This document shows, piece by piece, positions 42,960 to 52,052 of a stretch of DNA of 52,052 nt; position 1 is the stretch's first letter, and every line of letters starts with the position of its first letter. The DNA is from Oscillospiraceae bacterium (GTDB lineage Bacteria; Bacillota; Clostridia; Oscillospirales; CAG-272): assembly GCA_015064005.1 (NCBI GenBank), contig SVTA01000002.1, positions 1 to 52,052 on the forward strand. Direction: 5' to 3'. The notes under the pieces are model-generated. The model was given only the letters and a program-made list of their open reading frames with translations. It did not search any database and was not told where the DNA came from. A program made the position numbers and the translations under genes.

Positions 42960-43907
42960 ATGGCAAGCAACGGCATTCCGGTCTATCTTTTTACCGGCTT
43001 TCTCGAGGCCGGTAAGACCCAAATGATCCAGGATACCCTCACGGACGAGGGCTTCAACGACGGCTGCAGCATTCTGCTGCTGGTCTGCGAGGAAGGCATC
43101 GAGGAATACGATCCCTCCCGCTTTGCCCACCCGAACGTGCGGCAGGTGCTGGTAGAAAACGAAAGCGATCTCACCCCCAAGCTGCTGGAAAAGCTGACCC
43201 GGGAGCACAAAATTGACCGGGTAATGGTGGAATACAACGGCATGTGGCAGCTGGACAGCTTCTACGCCGCCATGCCCCGGAGCTGGTATATCTTCCAGCA
43301 GATCCTGTTTGCTGACGCCACCACCATCCTCAGCTACAACGCCAATATGCGCAGCCTCACCGTAGACAAGCTGCAGGATGCGGAAATGGTGATCTTCAAC
43401 CGCGCCGACAACGCCGACCGCATGGCGCTGCACAAGCTGGTGCGGGGCATCAGCCGCCGGGCGCGCATCGCCTTTGAAACCTCTGCGGAGGAGCTGGAAT
43501 ACGACGACATTGAGGATCCCCTCCCCTTTGACGTCAACGCCCCCGTGGTGGCTGTCAACGACGAGGATTACGCGCTCTTTTATCGCGACCTGGCCGATGA
43601 GCTGCCGAATTATCACGGAAAAACCGTGAAATTCAAGGGCATGGTCGCCCGTGACCGTCAGCTTGGCAAAAAAGCGCTGGTGGTGGGCAGACACGTAATG
43701 ACCTGCTGCGAGGACGACATTACCTTCAGTGGTCTTGTGTGCAATTTCGAAAAGGAGATTGGATTTGAAACCGGCGATTGGATCGTGGTGACCGCCAGGA
43801 TCAGCGTGGAGCCCCACAAGCTCTACGGTCAGCCGGGGCCGGTTCTTTACGCCACCGACGTGGCACTCTCCTCCGCCCCCAAGCAGCAGGTGGCTACGTT
43901 TTATTAA
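42960..43907 (+). CDS. COG0523-like GTPase paralog lacking the CxCC metal motif
   Basis: P-loop GFLEAGKT. The CxCC position reads LLVCEEG. Confidence 0.7.
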   Translation: MASNGIPVYLFTGFLEAGKTQMIQDTLTDEGFNDGCSILLLVCEEGIEEYDPSRFAHPNVRQVLVENESDLTPKLLEKLTREHKIDRVMVEYNGMWQLDSFYAAMPRSWYIFQQILFADATTILSYNANMRSLTVDKLQDAEMVIFNRADNADRMALHKLVRGISRRARIAFETSAEELEYDDIEDPLPFDVNAPVVAVNDEDYALFYRDLADELPNYHGKTVKFKGMVARDRQLGKKALVVGRHVMTCCEDDITFSGLVCNFEKEIGFETGDWIVVTARISVEPHKLYGQPGPVLYATDVALSSAPKQQVATFY

Positions 43908-43984
43908 AAAGGCCGCAAACGGTGCGGAAAAACGCCGCTTGCTCCGTGAATTTTGATTTGTTTTCCTGCGAAAGGAGTCGCTTC

Positions 43985-46396
43985 ATGAAGGAAATTCATC
44001 TGATTTGCAACGCCCATATCGATCCCATCTGGCAATGGGATTGGCAGGAGGGCGTCAGCGCCACCCTTTCCACCTTTCAATCCGCCGTCAACCTTGCCAG
44101 GGATTTTGATTATATCTTCTGCCACAACGAGGTGACGGTCTACAAATACGTGGAGGAATACGCCCCCTTGCTGTTTGAGGAGATCAAGGCCTTGATCAAG
44201 GCGGGCAAATGGCATATCATCGGCGGCTGGTATCTCCAGCCCGATTGCAATATGCCCTCGGGCGAAAGCTTTGTTCGTCAGATCCGCGAGGGACACCGCT
44301 ATTTCAAGGAGAAATTCGGCGTTACCCCCAAAACGGCCATCAATTTTGACCCCTTCGGGCACACCGTGGGGTTGGTGCAGATCATCAAAAAATGCGGGCA
44401 GGACAGCTACATCTTCATGCGCCCCTACAGCCACGAAATGAAGCTCCCCGCCGAGCAGTTTATCTGGGAGGGCCTTGACGGTAGCGAGATCAAGGCTTGG
44501 CGTTCCCCCTCCTACAACACCCCCCTCGGCAAGGCCGCCGAGACCGTAGCGCGTCGCGGCCTTCGTCAGCCGCAGGATGTGGTGGCGGTTCTGTGGGGCG
44601 TGGGCAACCACGGCGGCGGCCCCTCCCGCAAGGATCTGGCCGACATCAAAGCTCTGCAGGAGCGAAGCACCGAGGCACGCTTTATCCACTCCACGCCCGA
44701 GGCGTTTTTTGAAAAAATCAACCCCGTTGACAGGGTAAATTCCTCTCTGCTCATTTCCATGCCCGGCTGTTACACCTCCATGAGCCGCATCAAGCGCGCC
44801 CACGCCAAGCTGGAAAACGAGCTGTGGACGGCAGAAAAAATGCTGACCGCAGCCCACGCGCGCGGTCTGCTTGACTGCTATCCCGAAAAGGAGATCCGCA
44901 CCGTTACCGAGGATCTTCTGAACGCGGAATTCCACGACGTATTGCCCGGCACCGTCATCCAAAGCGGTGAGGAAAATGGCCTTTGCCTCCTGCACCACGG
45001 TCTTTTGGAGGCGGAGCGGCTGAAGACCAAGGCCTATTTCGCCCTTTCCGCCGCCGAGCCCCCTGCCGCCGAGGGCGAGTTCCCCTTGCTGATCTTCAAT
45101 CCCCATCCCTACCCCATCCGTGAAAACGTGGAGTGCGAGTTCGTGCTGGCCGACCAAAACTGGGAGGAATCCGTGCACTCTGCGGTGACGCTTCTCGATA
45201 AGGACGGTAACCCCGTAAAATATCAGCTGGTCAAGGAGGAAAGCAACCTCAATCTTGATTGGCGCAAGCGCATCGTCTTTGAAGCGGAGCTGGCGCCTCT
45301 TTCCATGACCCGATATAGTGCCTACATCAAATTTGAAGAGCCGAAGGAGCAAAAACAAGAAGGAAATTTGGTGTTTGACGACGGCAGAAAGCGCGTGGAG
45401 ATCGACGGCAAAACAGGGCTTCTCAAGAATTACACCGTAAACGGTGTGAATTTTGTGGAAAACGGCTTCGAATTGGTGAGCTTTGATGACAATGCCGATC
45501 CGTGGGCCATGGGTGCGCATCAGCTGAAGCGTCTCGGTGAAAACGAGCAGCCCTTCACCCTTTCCGCGCACCCCTCCGGCGTATTTGAGGGGATGCAGAG
45601 CCTGCAGGTCATTGAGGACGGCGATATTTATCTCGGCATCGAGGCCTTCTTTGAAAAGGATAACACCCGCGCCCGCATCGGCTATAAGATCTACAAGAAC
45701 AACGACTTTGTGGACGTGGACGTGACGCTCTTTATGGGCGACATCAACAAGATCGTAAAGCTCAAGCTCCCCGTGGGCACGGAGGGTGAGCTGCTCGGCC
45801 AGACCGCCTTCGGCACTGTGCCCCTCTTTACCGATGCCCGCGAAAACGTGGCCCATCGCTTTGTGGCAGTGGATGGCGGTGAGCAATGCCTTGCCCTCTT
45901 CAACGATGGCGTATACGGCAGTCATTTTGAGAACGGTGCTCTGTACACCTCTCTGGTACGCGGTGTCACTTACTGCGCTCACCCCATTGCCGAGCGTCAG
46001 CTGATCCCCACCGACCGCTTTGTGAAAAAGATCGACCAGGGCGAGCATCAGTTCCGCTTCCGTCTGGGCGTCGTAAAGCGCGGCGAGCTGGAGCGTCGGG
46101 CGCAGGAGTTCGTACAGCGACCCTACGGCTTCAACATCTTCCCCACGGCAAGCAACGTAACGCCTCTGCCCTTTGAGATCTCCATCGGTGACGATACCGT
46201 CTCCCTTATCACCGCCAAAAAAGCGGACGGCAGAGACGCGCTGGTATTCCGTTTGCTGAATAACACCCCCAACGGTGTGGAAACAAGCCTCACCGCAGGT
46301 GGTGTAACCCTGCCCCTCTCCTTCGGCAAATACGAGGTCAAGACCGTCGTTCTTGAAAACGGCACGCTGACCGAAAGTGCCGAGCTGGTGATTTGA
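43985..46396 (+). CDS. Glycoside hydrolase family 38 alpha-mannosidase
   Basis: MKEIHLICNAHIDPIWQWDWQEG ... GGWYLQPDCNMPSGES ... NFDPFGH. The ATG at 43985 follows AAAGGAG. Confidence 0.88.
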   Translation: MKEIHLICNAHIDPIWQWDWQEGVSATLSTFQSAVNLARDFDYIFCHNEVTVYKYVEEYAPLLFEEIKALIKAGKWHIIGGWYLQPDCNMPSGESFVRQIREGHRYFKEKFGVTPKTAINFDPFGHTVGLVQIIKKCGQDSYIFMRPYSHEMKLPAEQFIWEGLDGSEIKAWRSPSYNTPLGKAAETVARRGLRQPQDVVAVLWGVGNHGGGPSRKDLADIKALQERSTEARFIHSTPEAFFEKINPVDRVNSSLLISMPGCYTSMSRIKRAHAKLENELWTAEKMLTAAHARGLLDCYPEKEIRTVTEDLLNAEFHDVLPGTVIQSGEENGLCLLHHGLLEAERLKTKAYFALSAAEPPAAEGEFPLLIFNPHPYPIRENVECEFVLADQNWEESVHSAVTLLDKDGNPVKYQLVKEESNLNLDWRKRIVFEAELAPLSMTRYSAYIKFEEPKEQKQEGNLVFDDGRKRVEIDGKTGLLKNYTVNGVNFVENGFELVSFDDNADPWAMGAHQLKRLGENEQPFTLSAHPSGVFEGMQSLQVIEDGDIYLGIEAFFEKDNTRARIGYKIYKNNDFVDVDVTLFMGDINKIVKLKLPVGTEGELLGQTAFGTVPLFTDARENVAHRFVAVDGGEQCLALFNDGVYGSHFENGALYTSLVRGVTYCAHPIAERQLIPTDRFVKKIDQGEHQFRFRLGVVKRGELERRAQEFVQRPYGFNIFPTASNVTPLPFEISIGDDTVSLITAKKADGRDALVFRLLNNTPNGVETSLTAGGVTLPLSFGKYEVKTVVLENGTLTESAELVI

Positions 46397-46403
46397 TCCA
46401 AGC

Positions 46404-46453
46404 AAAAAACAGACCGTATCCCACCCCGTTCGGGGGGATACGGTCTGCTTTTT
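46404..46453. terminator. Bidirectional rho-independent terminator
   Basis: aaaaaacagaccgtatccc ... gggatacggtctgcttttt. Confidence 0.8.
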
Positions 46454-46463
46454 CCATTTTGTA

Positions 46464-48011
46464 TTACAGCTCGTCAGCCTCGGCAGAGGTTGCCGCGTCA
46501 AAGATATCGGTCACGGCCTTTTCCGGCTCCTTGGTGAGGAAGGAAACGGCCACGGCAAGGATCGCGCCGATCACAAAGCCGGGCACGATCTCGTAGATGC
46601 CGGTGTTGTAAACCAGCGCGGGGCGCAGGGTGCTGGTGAAGAGCAGCAGCCACAGGATATCGGCTACGGCACCGCCGATGATGCCGGCCACGGCGCCCTT
46701 GTAGTTAAAGCGGCGCCAGAAGAGGGAGAGCAGCACTGCAGGACCAAAGGCTGCACCAAACAGGCCCCATGCGTTCTCTACCATGTTCATGATATTGCTG
46801 GCCCATGCGCCGCTGTCGCCAAGACCGCTGGCAGCAATGAGGAAGGCCACCACAGAAACCGCAAGCACCACCAGACGGCTGGCCCAGGTTACCTCGTTAT
46901 CGCTGGCCTTGCCCTTGCGGATAAGGGGCTTGTAAAGGTCGGAGGCAAAGGAGGAGGAGGCCACCAGCAGCTGAGAATCGGCGGTGGACATGGAGGCCGC
47001 GATGATGGCGGCAAGAAGCAGACCCGCGATGAAGCCGGGGAAGATAAACTGCACGACCTCAATGAAGATATTCTGCTGATTGCCTGCCAGCAGCAGCTTT
47101 TCGGCAAGAGAGACATCGCCCATCATGTAGGAGCGGCCAAGGAAAGCAATGAAAATGGCGGCAGAGAGGGTCAGCACCAGCCAAACGATGGCTACGGTGG
47201 CGGATTTTTTGATCATAGACGCCTTCTTGATGGACATGAAGCGCACCAGAATGTGGGGCATACCGAAGTATCCAAGACCCCAGCCGAGGCCGGAGATGAT
47301 ATCGGCGGCGGAGGCGGTGAAGGGGTTGGAATTGAAGGCGGTCACACCCTCGGCAAAAGCACCGAGGTAGCTGTTATCGCTGACACCCATGGCCATGGCG
47401 ATGGGCACGAGCAGGAGGGCACACAGCATCAGAAGACCCTGGAAGAAGTCGGTCCAGCAAACGGCCTTAAAGCCGCCGAGGAAGGTATAGCACAGTACGA
47501 TGGCGGCGAAAATGGCCATGGCCAGCATCTCGCGACCCGCAAATACGGAGGGGAGCACCGCCACGAACACCTTGGTGCCCGCATTGAAGGCGGAGGCCAC
47601 GTAAACCGTAAAGCTGACAAGGAAAATGACGGCGCAGGTCACCTTCAGCACCGGGTTGGCGGTAGCAAAGCGGTTGGTGAGGTACTGGGGCAGGGTGATG
47701 GAGTCGCCTGCGGCCTTGGAAAAGTTGCGCAAACGCTTGGCCACCAGCAGCCAGTTGGCGATAGTGCCCAGTGCAAGACCGATGCCGATCCAGACCTTGC
47801 CCATACCGAAGGCCAGAATACTGCCGGGGAAGCCCATCAGGAGCCAGCCCGACATATCCGAGGCCTGGGCGCTCATAGCGGTGACGAAGGGACCCATCTG
47901 ACGGCCGCCGAGGAAGTAGTCGGCATCGTTTTTACTGCGATCCTTCAAAAAGAAATAGAGACCGATGCCGAGCATCAGCAAAAAGTAGAGTACAAAGGCT
48001 AAAAATTGCAT
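46464..48011 (-). CDS. putP: Sodium:solute (proline) symporter, SSS family
   Basis: DYFLGGRQMGPFVTAMSAQASDMSGWLLMGFPG is a PutP signature. Confidence 0.88.
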   Translation of the reverse strand: MQFLAFVLYFLLMLGIGLYFFLKDRSKNDADYFLGGRQMGPFVTAMSAQASDMSGWLLMGFPGSILAFGMGKVWIGIGLALGTIANWLLVAKRLRNFSKAAGDSITLPQYLTNRFATANPVLKVTCAVIFLVSFTVYVASAFNAGTKVFVAVLPSVFAGREMLAMAIFAAIVLCYTFLGGFKAVCWTDFFQGLLMLCALLLVPIAMAMGVSDNSYLGAFAEGVTAFNSNPFTASAADIISGLGWGLGYFGMPHILVRFMSIKKASMIKKSATVAIVWLVLTLSAAIFIAFLGRSYMMGDVSLAEKLLLAGNQQNIFIEVVQFIFPGFIAGLLLAAIIAASMSTADSQLLVASSSFASDLYKPLIRKGKASDNEVTWASRLVVLAVSVVAFLIAASGLGDSGAWASNIMNMVENAWGLFGAAFGPAVLLSLFWRRFNYKGAVAGIIGGAVADILWLLLFTSTLRPALVYNTGIYEIVPGFVIGAILAVAVSFLTKEPEKAVTDIFDAATSAEADEL

Positions 48012-48075
48012 GGTGAAAATCCTTTCCTATTAAGAGAATGACAACAGTATAGCATAAAACAACAAAGAATGCAAT

Positions 48076-48115
48076 AGAGAATGCCGTATAGAATGCATTC
48101 TATACGGCATTCTCT
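48076..48115. promoter_or_regulatory. Perfect 40-bp palindrome between the TetR stop and the putP start (terminator and/or operator)
   Basis: agagaatgccgtatagaatg|cattctatacggcattctct. An additional direct AGAATGC lies just upstream. Confidence 0.5.
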
Positions 48116-48194
48116 GTTTTCGGGTGAAAGCGTTTATTTGCAACAAGCTGTGGCAAGAATAAAACATAGAACGAGAACTATACCGAAAACAAAA

Positions 48195-48779
48195 TTATTT
48201 TTTTAGCGAGGAAAGAAGCATCGGCAACGTGCGGGTTGCGTAGTCTGCAAGGGCATAATCCCCTCCTCGCAGGCACCACTCGTAGAGCATCGCCCGCTCG
48301 GTCATGGCGTACAGTCGCACGGTCTCGCTGACGGTCAAGGCTTCAGTCAGCTCGCCCCTTTGCCTCCCCTCGGTAATGATGCGCCGCAGCAGCTTGAAAT
48401 AGACCCGATTGTGATCCAGCAGCTGCTTGCTGCCCTGCAGGGTCAGCTGGGTGGAGAGCAGGCGCGCGAGCAGCGCGATGTCGATACGGTTTTCAATCAT
48501 TGAAAACAGCTCTCTGTTCAGATACAGCAGCGTGTCGAGCGCAGAGGCCGTCGGATCCAGCGCCGCCGCCAGCTCCTCATATTTTTCGTCAAACAGATAG
48601 GCCAGCGAGCCGATCAGATCATCCTTGCTCGCAAAATAGTGATAAAACGAGCCCTTGGAGGTGCCGGAAAGCGCCACGATGTCCTCCACGGTCGTACCCT
48701 CGTAGCCCTGCTCGTAAAACAGCTTCCAGGCTGCGTCAACAATGCGGCTTTTGGTGCCGCCGGAGCTTTTCTTTGCCAT
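48195..48779 (-). CDS. TetR/AcrR family transcriptional regulator
   Basis: IVDAAWKLFYEQGYEGTTVEDIVALSGTSKGSFYHYFASKDDL. Confidence 0.9.
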   Translation of the reverse strand: MAKKSSGGTKSRIVDAAWKLFYEQGYEGTTVEDIVALSGTSKGSFYHYFASKDDLIGSLAYLFDEKYEELAAALDPTASALDTLLYLNRELFSMIENRIDIALLARLLSTQLTLQGSKQLLDHNRVYFKLLRRIITEGRQRGELTEALTVSETVRLYAMTERAMLYEWCLRGGDYALADYATRTLPMLLSSLKK

Positions 48780-48788
48780 GGCGTTTCC

Positions 48789-50273
48789 TTATCTGTGATA
48801 GAGCTTTTTCGTCTGATAGCGAGGCTCGCAGGTCATCTGCACACCCAGCTTCTTCAGCACGTTCTCGTCGGTCTGCGCAAGGATCACGGTAGAATGCGCG
48901 TCACAGTGCCGCAGCTGCCCGAGACAGTCCAACGCCCGTTTGGCGGGCTCCTCGTGCACGGCGGAAATGGAAAGCGCGATCAGCACCTCATCGAGATGCA
49001 GACGGGGGTTCTGGTTGCCAAGCCGCTCCACCTTCAAATCCGACACGGGGGTGAGAATGTGGGGGGAAATGAGATCCACGTCCTTCGGGATCCCGGCCAA
49101 AGTCTTCAGAGCGTTGAGCAGCATAGCCGAAACGGCACCCAGCAGCTTGGTGGTCTTGCCGGTCACGATCCGACCGTCTGCCAGCTGCAGCGCCACGGCA
49201 GGAGCATCGGTCTCCTCTGCCCGCTGCACGGCGGCACCGATAACGCTGCGGTAGGTGGCGTCGATGCCAAGAGATTGCATCAGCATCTTGATCTTGTTTG
49301 CCTCCGAGCCGTCGCTGTCGCCCTTGCGCTGAGCGCAGAGCGCATGATAATAGCGTCGCAGGATCTCATCCTTGGCTCCCTCGCACACAGCCTCATCATC
49401 ATAAATGCAAAAGCCCACCATATTCACGCCCATATCCGTGGGAGATTTGTAGGGGCAGCTGCCGTAAATGTGCTGCAGCATGGCCTTGACCACAGGAAAG
49501 ATCTCCACGTCTCTGTTATAGTTTACGGCGGTCTGACCGTACGCCTCCAGATGGAAGGGATCGATCATATTCACGTCCTTCAGGTCGGCGGTAGCGGCCT
49601 CGTATGCAAGGTTCACCGGGTGCTTGAGAGGTAGGCTCCACACGGGGAAGGTCTCAAATTTGGCATAGCCGGAGCAAATGCCTCGCTTGTGGTCGTGGTA
49701 CAGCTGAGAAAGGCAGGTCGCCATCTTACCGGAGCCGGGGCCGGGGCCGGTGACCACCACCAGCGAGCGGGAGGTTTCGATGTAATCGTTGATGCCGTAG
49801 CCCTCGTCGCTGACGATGCGATCCACGTCCATGGGGTAGCCGGGAATGGTATAATGTCTGTACACCCGCAGTCCCAGGGCCTCCAGCCGCTTCTGAAAAG
49901 CAGCGGCGGCAGGCTGATCGGCATAGCGGGTCAGCACCACGCTGCCCACGTAAAGACCAAAGTCCCGGAAGGCGTCGATCAAGCGCAGGGTGTCGAGATC
50001 GTAGGTAATGCCAAGATCGCCCCGCACCTTGTTCTTTTCAATATCCGCCGCGTTGATGGCAATGACCACCTCTGCCTCGTTTGCCAGCTCCGCCAGCATA
50101 CGGATCTTACTGTCCGGCGCAAAGCCCGGCAGCACGCGGGAGGCGTGAAAATCGTCAAAAAGCTTGCCGCCAAACTCCAGATAGAGCTTGCCGCCAAACT
50201 GCGCAATCCGCTCTCTGATGTGCTGGGATTGCGTGCGAATATATTTGTCGTTGTCAAAGCCGATCTTGAACAT
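48789..50273 (-). CDS. DUF1846 (UPF0371) family protein
   Basis: [47 protein letters not shown] is the family N-terminus. The ATG at 50273 follows GAGGGGGA. Confidence 0.85.
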   Translation of the reverse strand: MFKIGFDNDKYIRTQSQHIRERIAQFGGKLYLEFGGKLFDDFHASRVLPGFAPDSKIRMLAELANEAEVVIAINAADIEKNKVRGDLGITYDLDTLRLIDAFRDFGLYVGSVVLTRYADQPAAAAFQKRLEALGLRVYRHYTIPGYPMDVDRIVSDEGYGINDYIETSRSLVVVTGPGPGSGKMATCLSQLYHDHKRGICSGYAKFETFPVWSLPLKHPVNLAYEAATADLKDVNMIDPFHLEAYGQTAVNYNRDVEIFPVVKAMLQHIYGSCPYKSPTDMGVNMVGFCIYDDEAVCEGAKDEILRRYYHALCAQRKGDSDGSEANKIKMLMQSLGIDATYRSVIGAAVQRAEETDAPAVALQLADGRIVTGKTTKLLGAVSAMLLNALKTLAGIPKDVDLISPHILTPVSDLKVERLGNQNPRLHLDEVLIALSISAVHEEPAKRALDCLGQLRHCDAHSTVILAQTDENVLKKLGVQMTCEPRYQTKKLYHR

Positions 50274-50396
50274 AAGTCCCCCTCGCGCGTTTGAAATCAA
50301 TATCAATAGTATATCACATTCTCCCCGCCTCGGCAAGGGGTTTTTTCTTTTTTATAAAAAAGAAAATTTATTTGTAAGGGGGAGGCGGGCTTCGGA

Positions 50397-50437
50397 GGGG
50401 GAGGAGGGCACTTTTGATAAAAGCGCCCTCCTCCCTC
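50397..50437. repeat. G/A-rich palindromic element copy 3
   Basis: gggggaggagggc-A-cttttgataaaag-C-gccctcctccctc. Confidence 0.65.
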
Positions 50438-50572
50438 TTTGATCCCACTACGGCAATTTTCATTTTTTGCTCCATAATAAACATATTTTGAACGCGTTGT
50501 GCGTTCACATATCACATTTTAACACAAAATAGGTGTAAAGTAAATATAAAATAAGCATAAAATGAGGTTTAT

Positions 50573-50746
50573 ATGGCTACAAAAAGCTTATCCATCAGAA
50601 TTGAAGAGGAAATGCTGGACAAATTGCACGTGATCGCTGATTACGAAGGCAGAAGTGCCAACGGTCAGATATTGGTGCTGATCCGTGATTTGATTGAGGC
50701 TTATGAAGCAAAGCACGGCGAGATCAAAACCGGTAAAAGATCCTGA
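50573..50746 (+). CDS. Ribbon-helix-helix (CopG/Arc-like) DNA-binding protein, 57 aa, absent from the ORF track
   Basis: MATKSLSIRIEEEMLDKLHVIADYEGRSANGQILVLIRDLIEAYE has a beta-strand/helix/helix pattern. RBS GAGG. A terminator follows. Confidence 0.7.
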   Translation: MATKSLSIRIEEEMLDKLHVIADYEGRSANGQILVLIRDLIEAYEAKHGEIKTGKRS

Positions 50747-50753
50747 CGAATGT

Positions 50754-50789
50754 AAAAAGAGAGGCTGTTTTCAAACAGCCTCTCTTTTT
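50754..50789. terminator. Bidirectional rho-independent terminator
   Basis: aaaagagaggctgttt-tc-aaacagcctctctttt. Confidence 0.8.
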
Positions 50790-50816
50790 ACAACCGCGCA
50801 GGCGGCAAAGATCAGA

Positions 50817-52052
50817 TTATTTCAGATCAAAAAACGTACCGTTGAGGTAGAGGTCGTCCACCGCTTCGAAAACAGGGTGGGAGATCGGTTGATTTTTTGC
50901 CGCCAGACGGGTGGCAAACTTGGTAGGGATATCCTCGTAGCCGATCTGACTGAAGCGACAGTCGGTAAAGCCGATATGATCCACGTGGCAATCGGCTCTG
51001 CCTCTGACCACGGGCATTCCTACGGAAAAGGCGCGAATGCCGCTGAAATACACGTGGCGGATGCCACGACAAAGGTTGTGGGGGTCGATCCCGATAAAAA
51101 CAGGCGCGTCGTAATTGCGGTCGATGGTGATATTGGAAAAGCTGATGTTTTCAATCAGCGTAGCCTCGTGTCCCTGGTCGCTCATGCGCGCCTCGGCGGG
51201 ATTGGCGGGCAGATACATGCAAATGCCCATGCGGGATTCGGTGATATTCAGATTGGAAAAGGTGCAGTTACGCATGGTGCCGTCGTTGATCCAGCCCACC
51301 CGCACGGCGCAGGTGTGGCTGGTCAGGTTGCAGTTGCTAACGGCCACCTTTTCGCATACCGTATCCTGTCCAAGCGGCGCGGAATAGGCACGCACCACGA
51401 TGCAATCGTCGCCGCAGGTAATATTACAGTCCGAAATTGTCACGTTCGCAGAGCAGTTGACGTGAATGCCGTCGTTGTTGGGCATATCCACGGCGGCGTT
51501 GATCGCGGCACGGTGAAAATGCACGTTGCAGCAGCCCGAAACCCAATAGCTCCAGCCTGCAAACTGATTCTGCATGGTGATATCCTCCACCAGCACGTTC
51601 CGACAGCCCATCAGCATCACCACACGGGCGGGAGCAAGGCTGGTATTGCGAGGGTCGAGAGGGTGAGGGTATGCTCCCACCATGGTGGTGGCCTCGGAAA
51701 GCGGCGTGCTGCCCTCGGGCAGAGGCATGGGCTTGCGCACGAAGGACATCAGCGGCCGAGCCGCCATTTCTGCCTCGGTCATGGGCACCACGTAGGCCTC
51801 GCCCTGGCAGTCAATGACACCGCGCCCCGTGATGGCAATATCCTCGCAGTTTTCGGCATAGATAAAGCACCGCTTGTTAAAGCGAGGGGCGTATGCCGTG
51901 TCCCAGAAATCGGTCTCCACGTCGGGAAAATCCGCAGCATTTGCGGAACCAAGCAACACCGCACCCCGTTCGATATGTAATTCCACGCCGCTTTTCAGGT
52001 CAATGCGCCCACAAAGATACCGCCCCTCTGCCAGAGTCACACGGCCACCGCC
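50817..52052 (-). CDS. Glycoside hydrolase family 28 (polygalacturonase-like beta-helix), 5' end outside the window
   Basis: NNDGIHVNCSANVTISDCNITCGDDCIVV contains the GH28 NxDG and GDDC motifs. The frame stays open to the window edge. Confidence 0.8.
   Translation of the reverse strand, partial: GGGRVTLAEGRYLCGRIDLKSGVELHIERGAVLLGSANAADFPDVETDFWDTAYAPRFNKRCFIYAENCEDIAITGRGVIDCQGEAYVVPMTEAEMAARPLMSFVRKPMPLPEGSTPLSEATTMVGAYPHPLDPRNTSLAPARVVMLMGCRNVLVEDITMQNQFAGWSYWVSGCCNVHFHRAAINAAVDMPNNDGIHVNCSANVTISDCNITCGDDCIVVRAYSAPLGQDTVCEKVAVSNCNLTSHTCAVRVGWINDGTMRNCTFSNLNITESRMGICMYLPANPAEARMSDQGHEATLIENISFSNITIDRNYDAPVFIGIDPHNLCRGIRHVYFSGIRAFSVGMPVVRGRADCHVDHIGFTDCRFSQIGYEDIPTKFATRLAAKNQPISHPVFEAVDDLYLNGTFFDLK

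Noticed and set aside
41604-43817. 737-aa ORF on the minus strand
   Set aside because: It is antisense to the two COG0523 genes. It contains an absurd MVMFM repeat that is simply the reverse complement of the His-codon repeat. No RBS or motifs.
43904-46501. 865-aa ORF on the minus strand
   Set aside because: It is antisense to the GH38 alpha-mannosidase, which has clear family motifs and an RBS. The antisense translation is low-complexity (G, V, L, A, H).

Overview
This is a high-GC (roughly 60% by eye) chromosomal segment from an endospore-forming Clostridia-type Firmicute. Gene content suggests an Oscillospiraceae/Ruminococcaceae-like anaerobe, but that is inference only. Most of the window is ordinary core and accessory metabolism. 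It holds pdxK, the spoIIIAA-AG operon, a MarR plus heterodimeric ABC exporter operon with a translationally coupled nuclease-like gene, and spoIVB. It also holds a DMT transporter, dinB, GNATs, GH2/GH38/GH28 glycosidases, an SGNH esterase, tRNA-Thr(CGU), an M20 peptidase and the livJHMGF operon. Further genes are an MBOAT acyltransferase, a CDF transporter, reverse rubrerythrin, an acyl-ACP thioesterase, fba, thiI, two COG0523 GTPases, putP, and TetR plus DUF1846. No CRISPR array, rRNA, integrase or transposase was seen. Items worth a second look: (1) a ~1.3-kb AT-rich cassette sits in the 3' end of spoIVB. It is bracketed by a perfect 65-bp direct repeat and leaves an orphaned spoIVB 3' fragment. 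It carries a divergent XRE regulator and a two-TM zinc-ribbon protein. (2) A monocistronic cytoplasmic TIR plus BspA-type LRR protein lies next to an antitoxin-less mazF that has a C-terminal extension. (3) Two related intergenic arrays alternate a 7-nt word with unrelated mini-hairpins, including GCGAAGC, and the word flips orientation at the centre. (4) There is a family of G/A-rich palindromes with a conserved CTTTTGCAAAAG-like core. (5) A COG0523 GTPase carries a very long His tract encoded by an 18-bp tandem repeat. All product calls rest on motif recognition in the supplied translations. No database search was possible.
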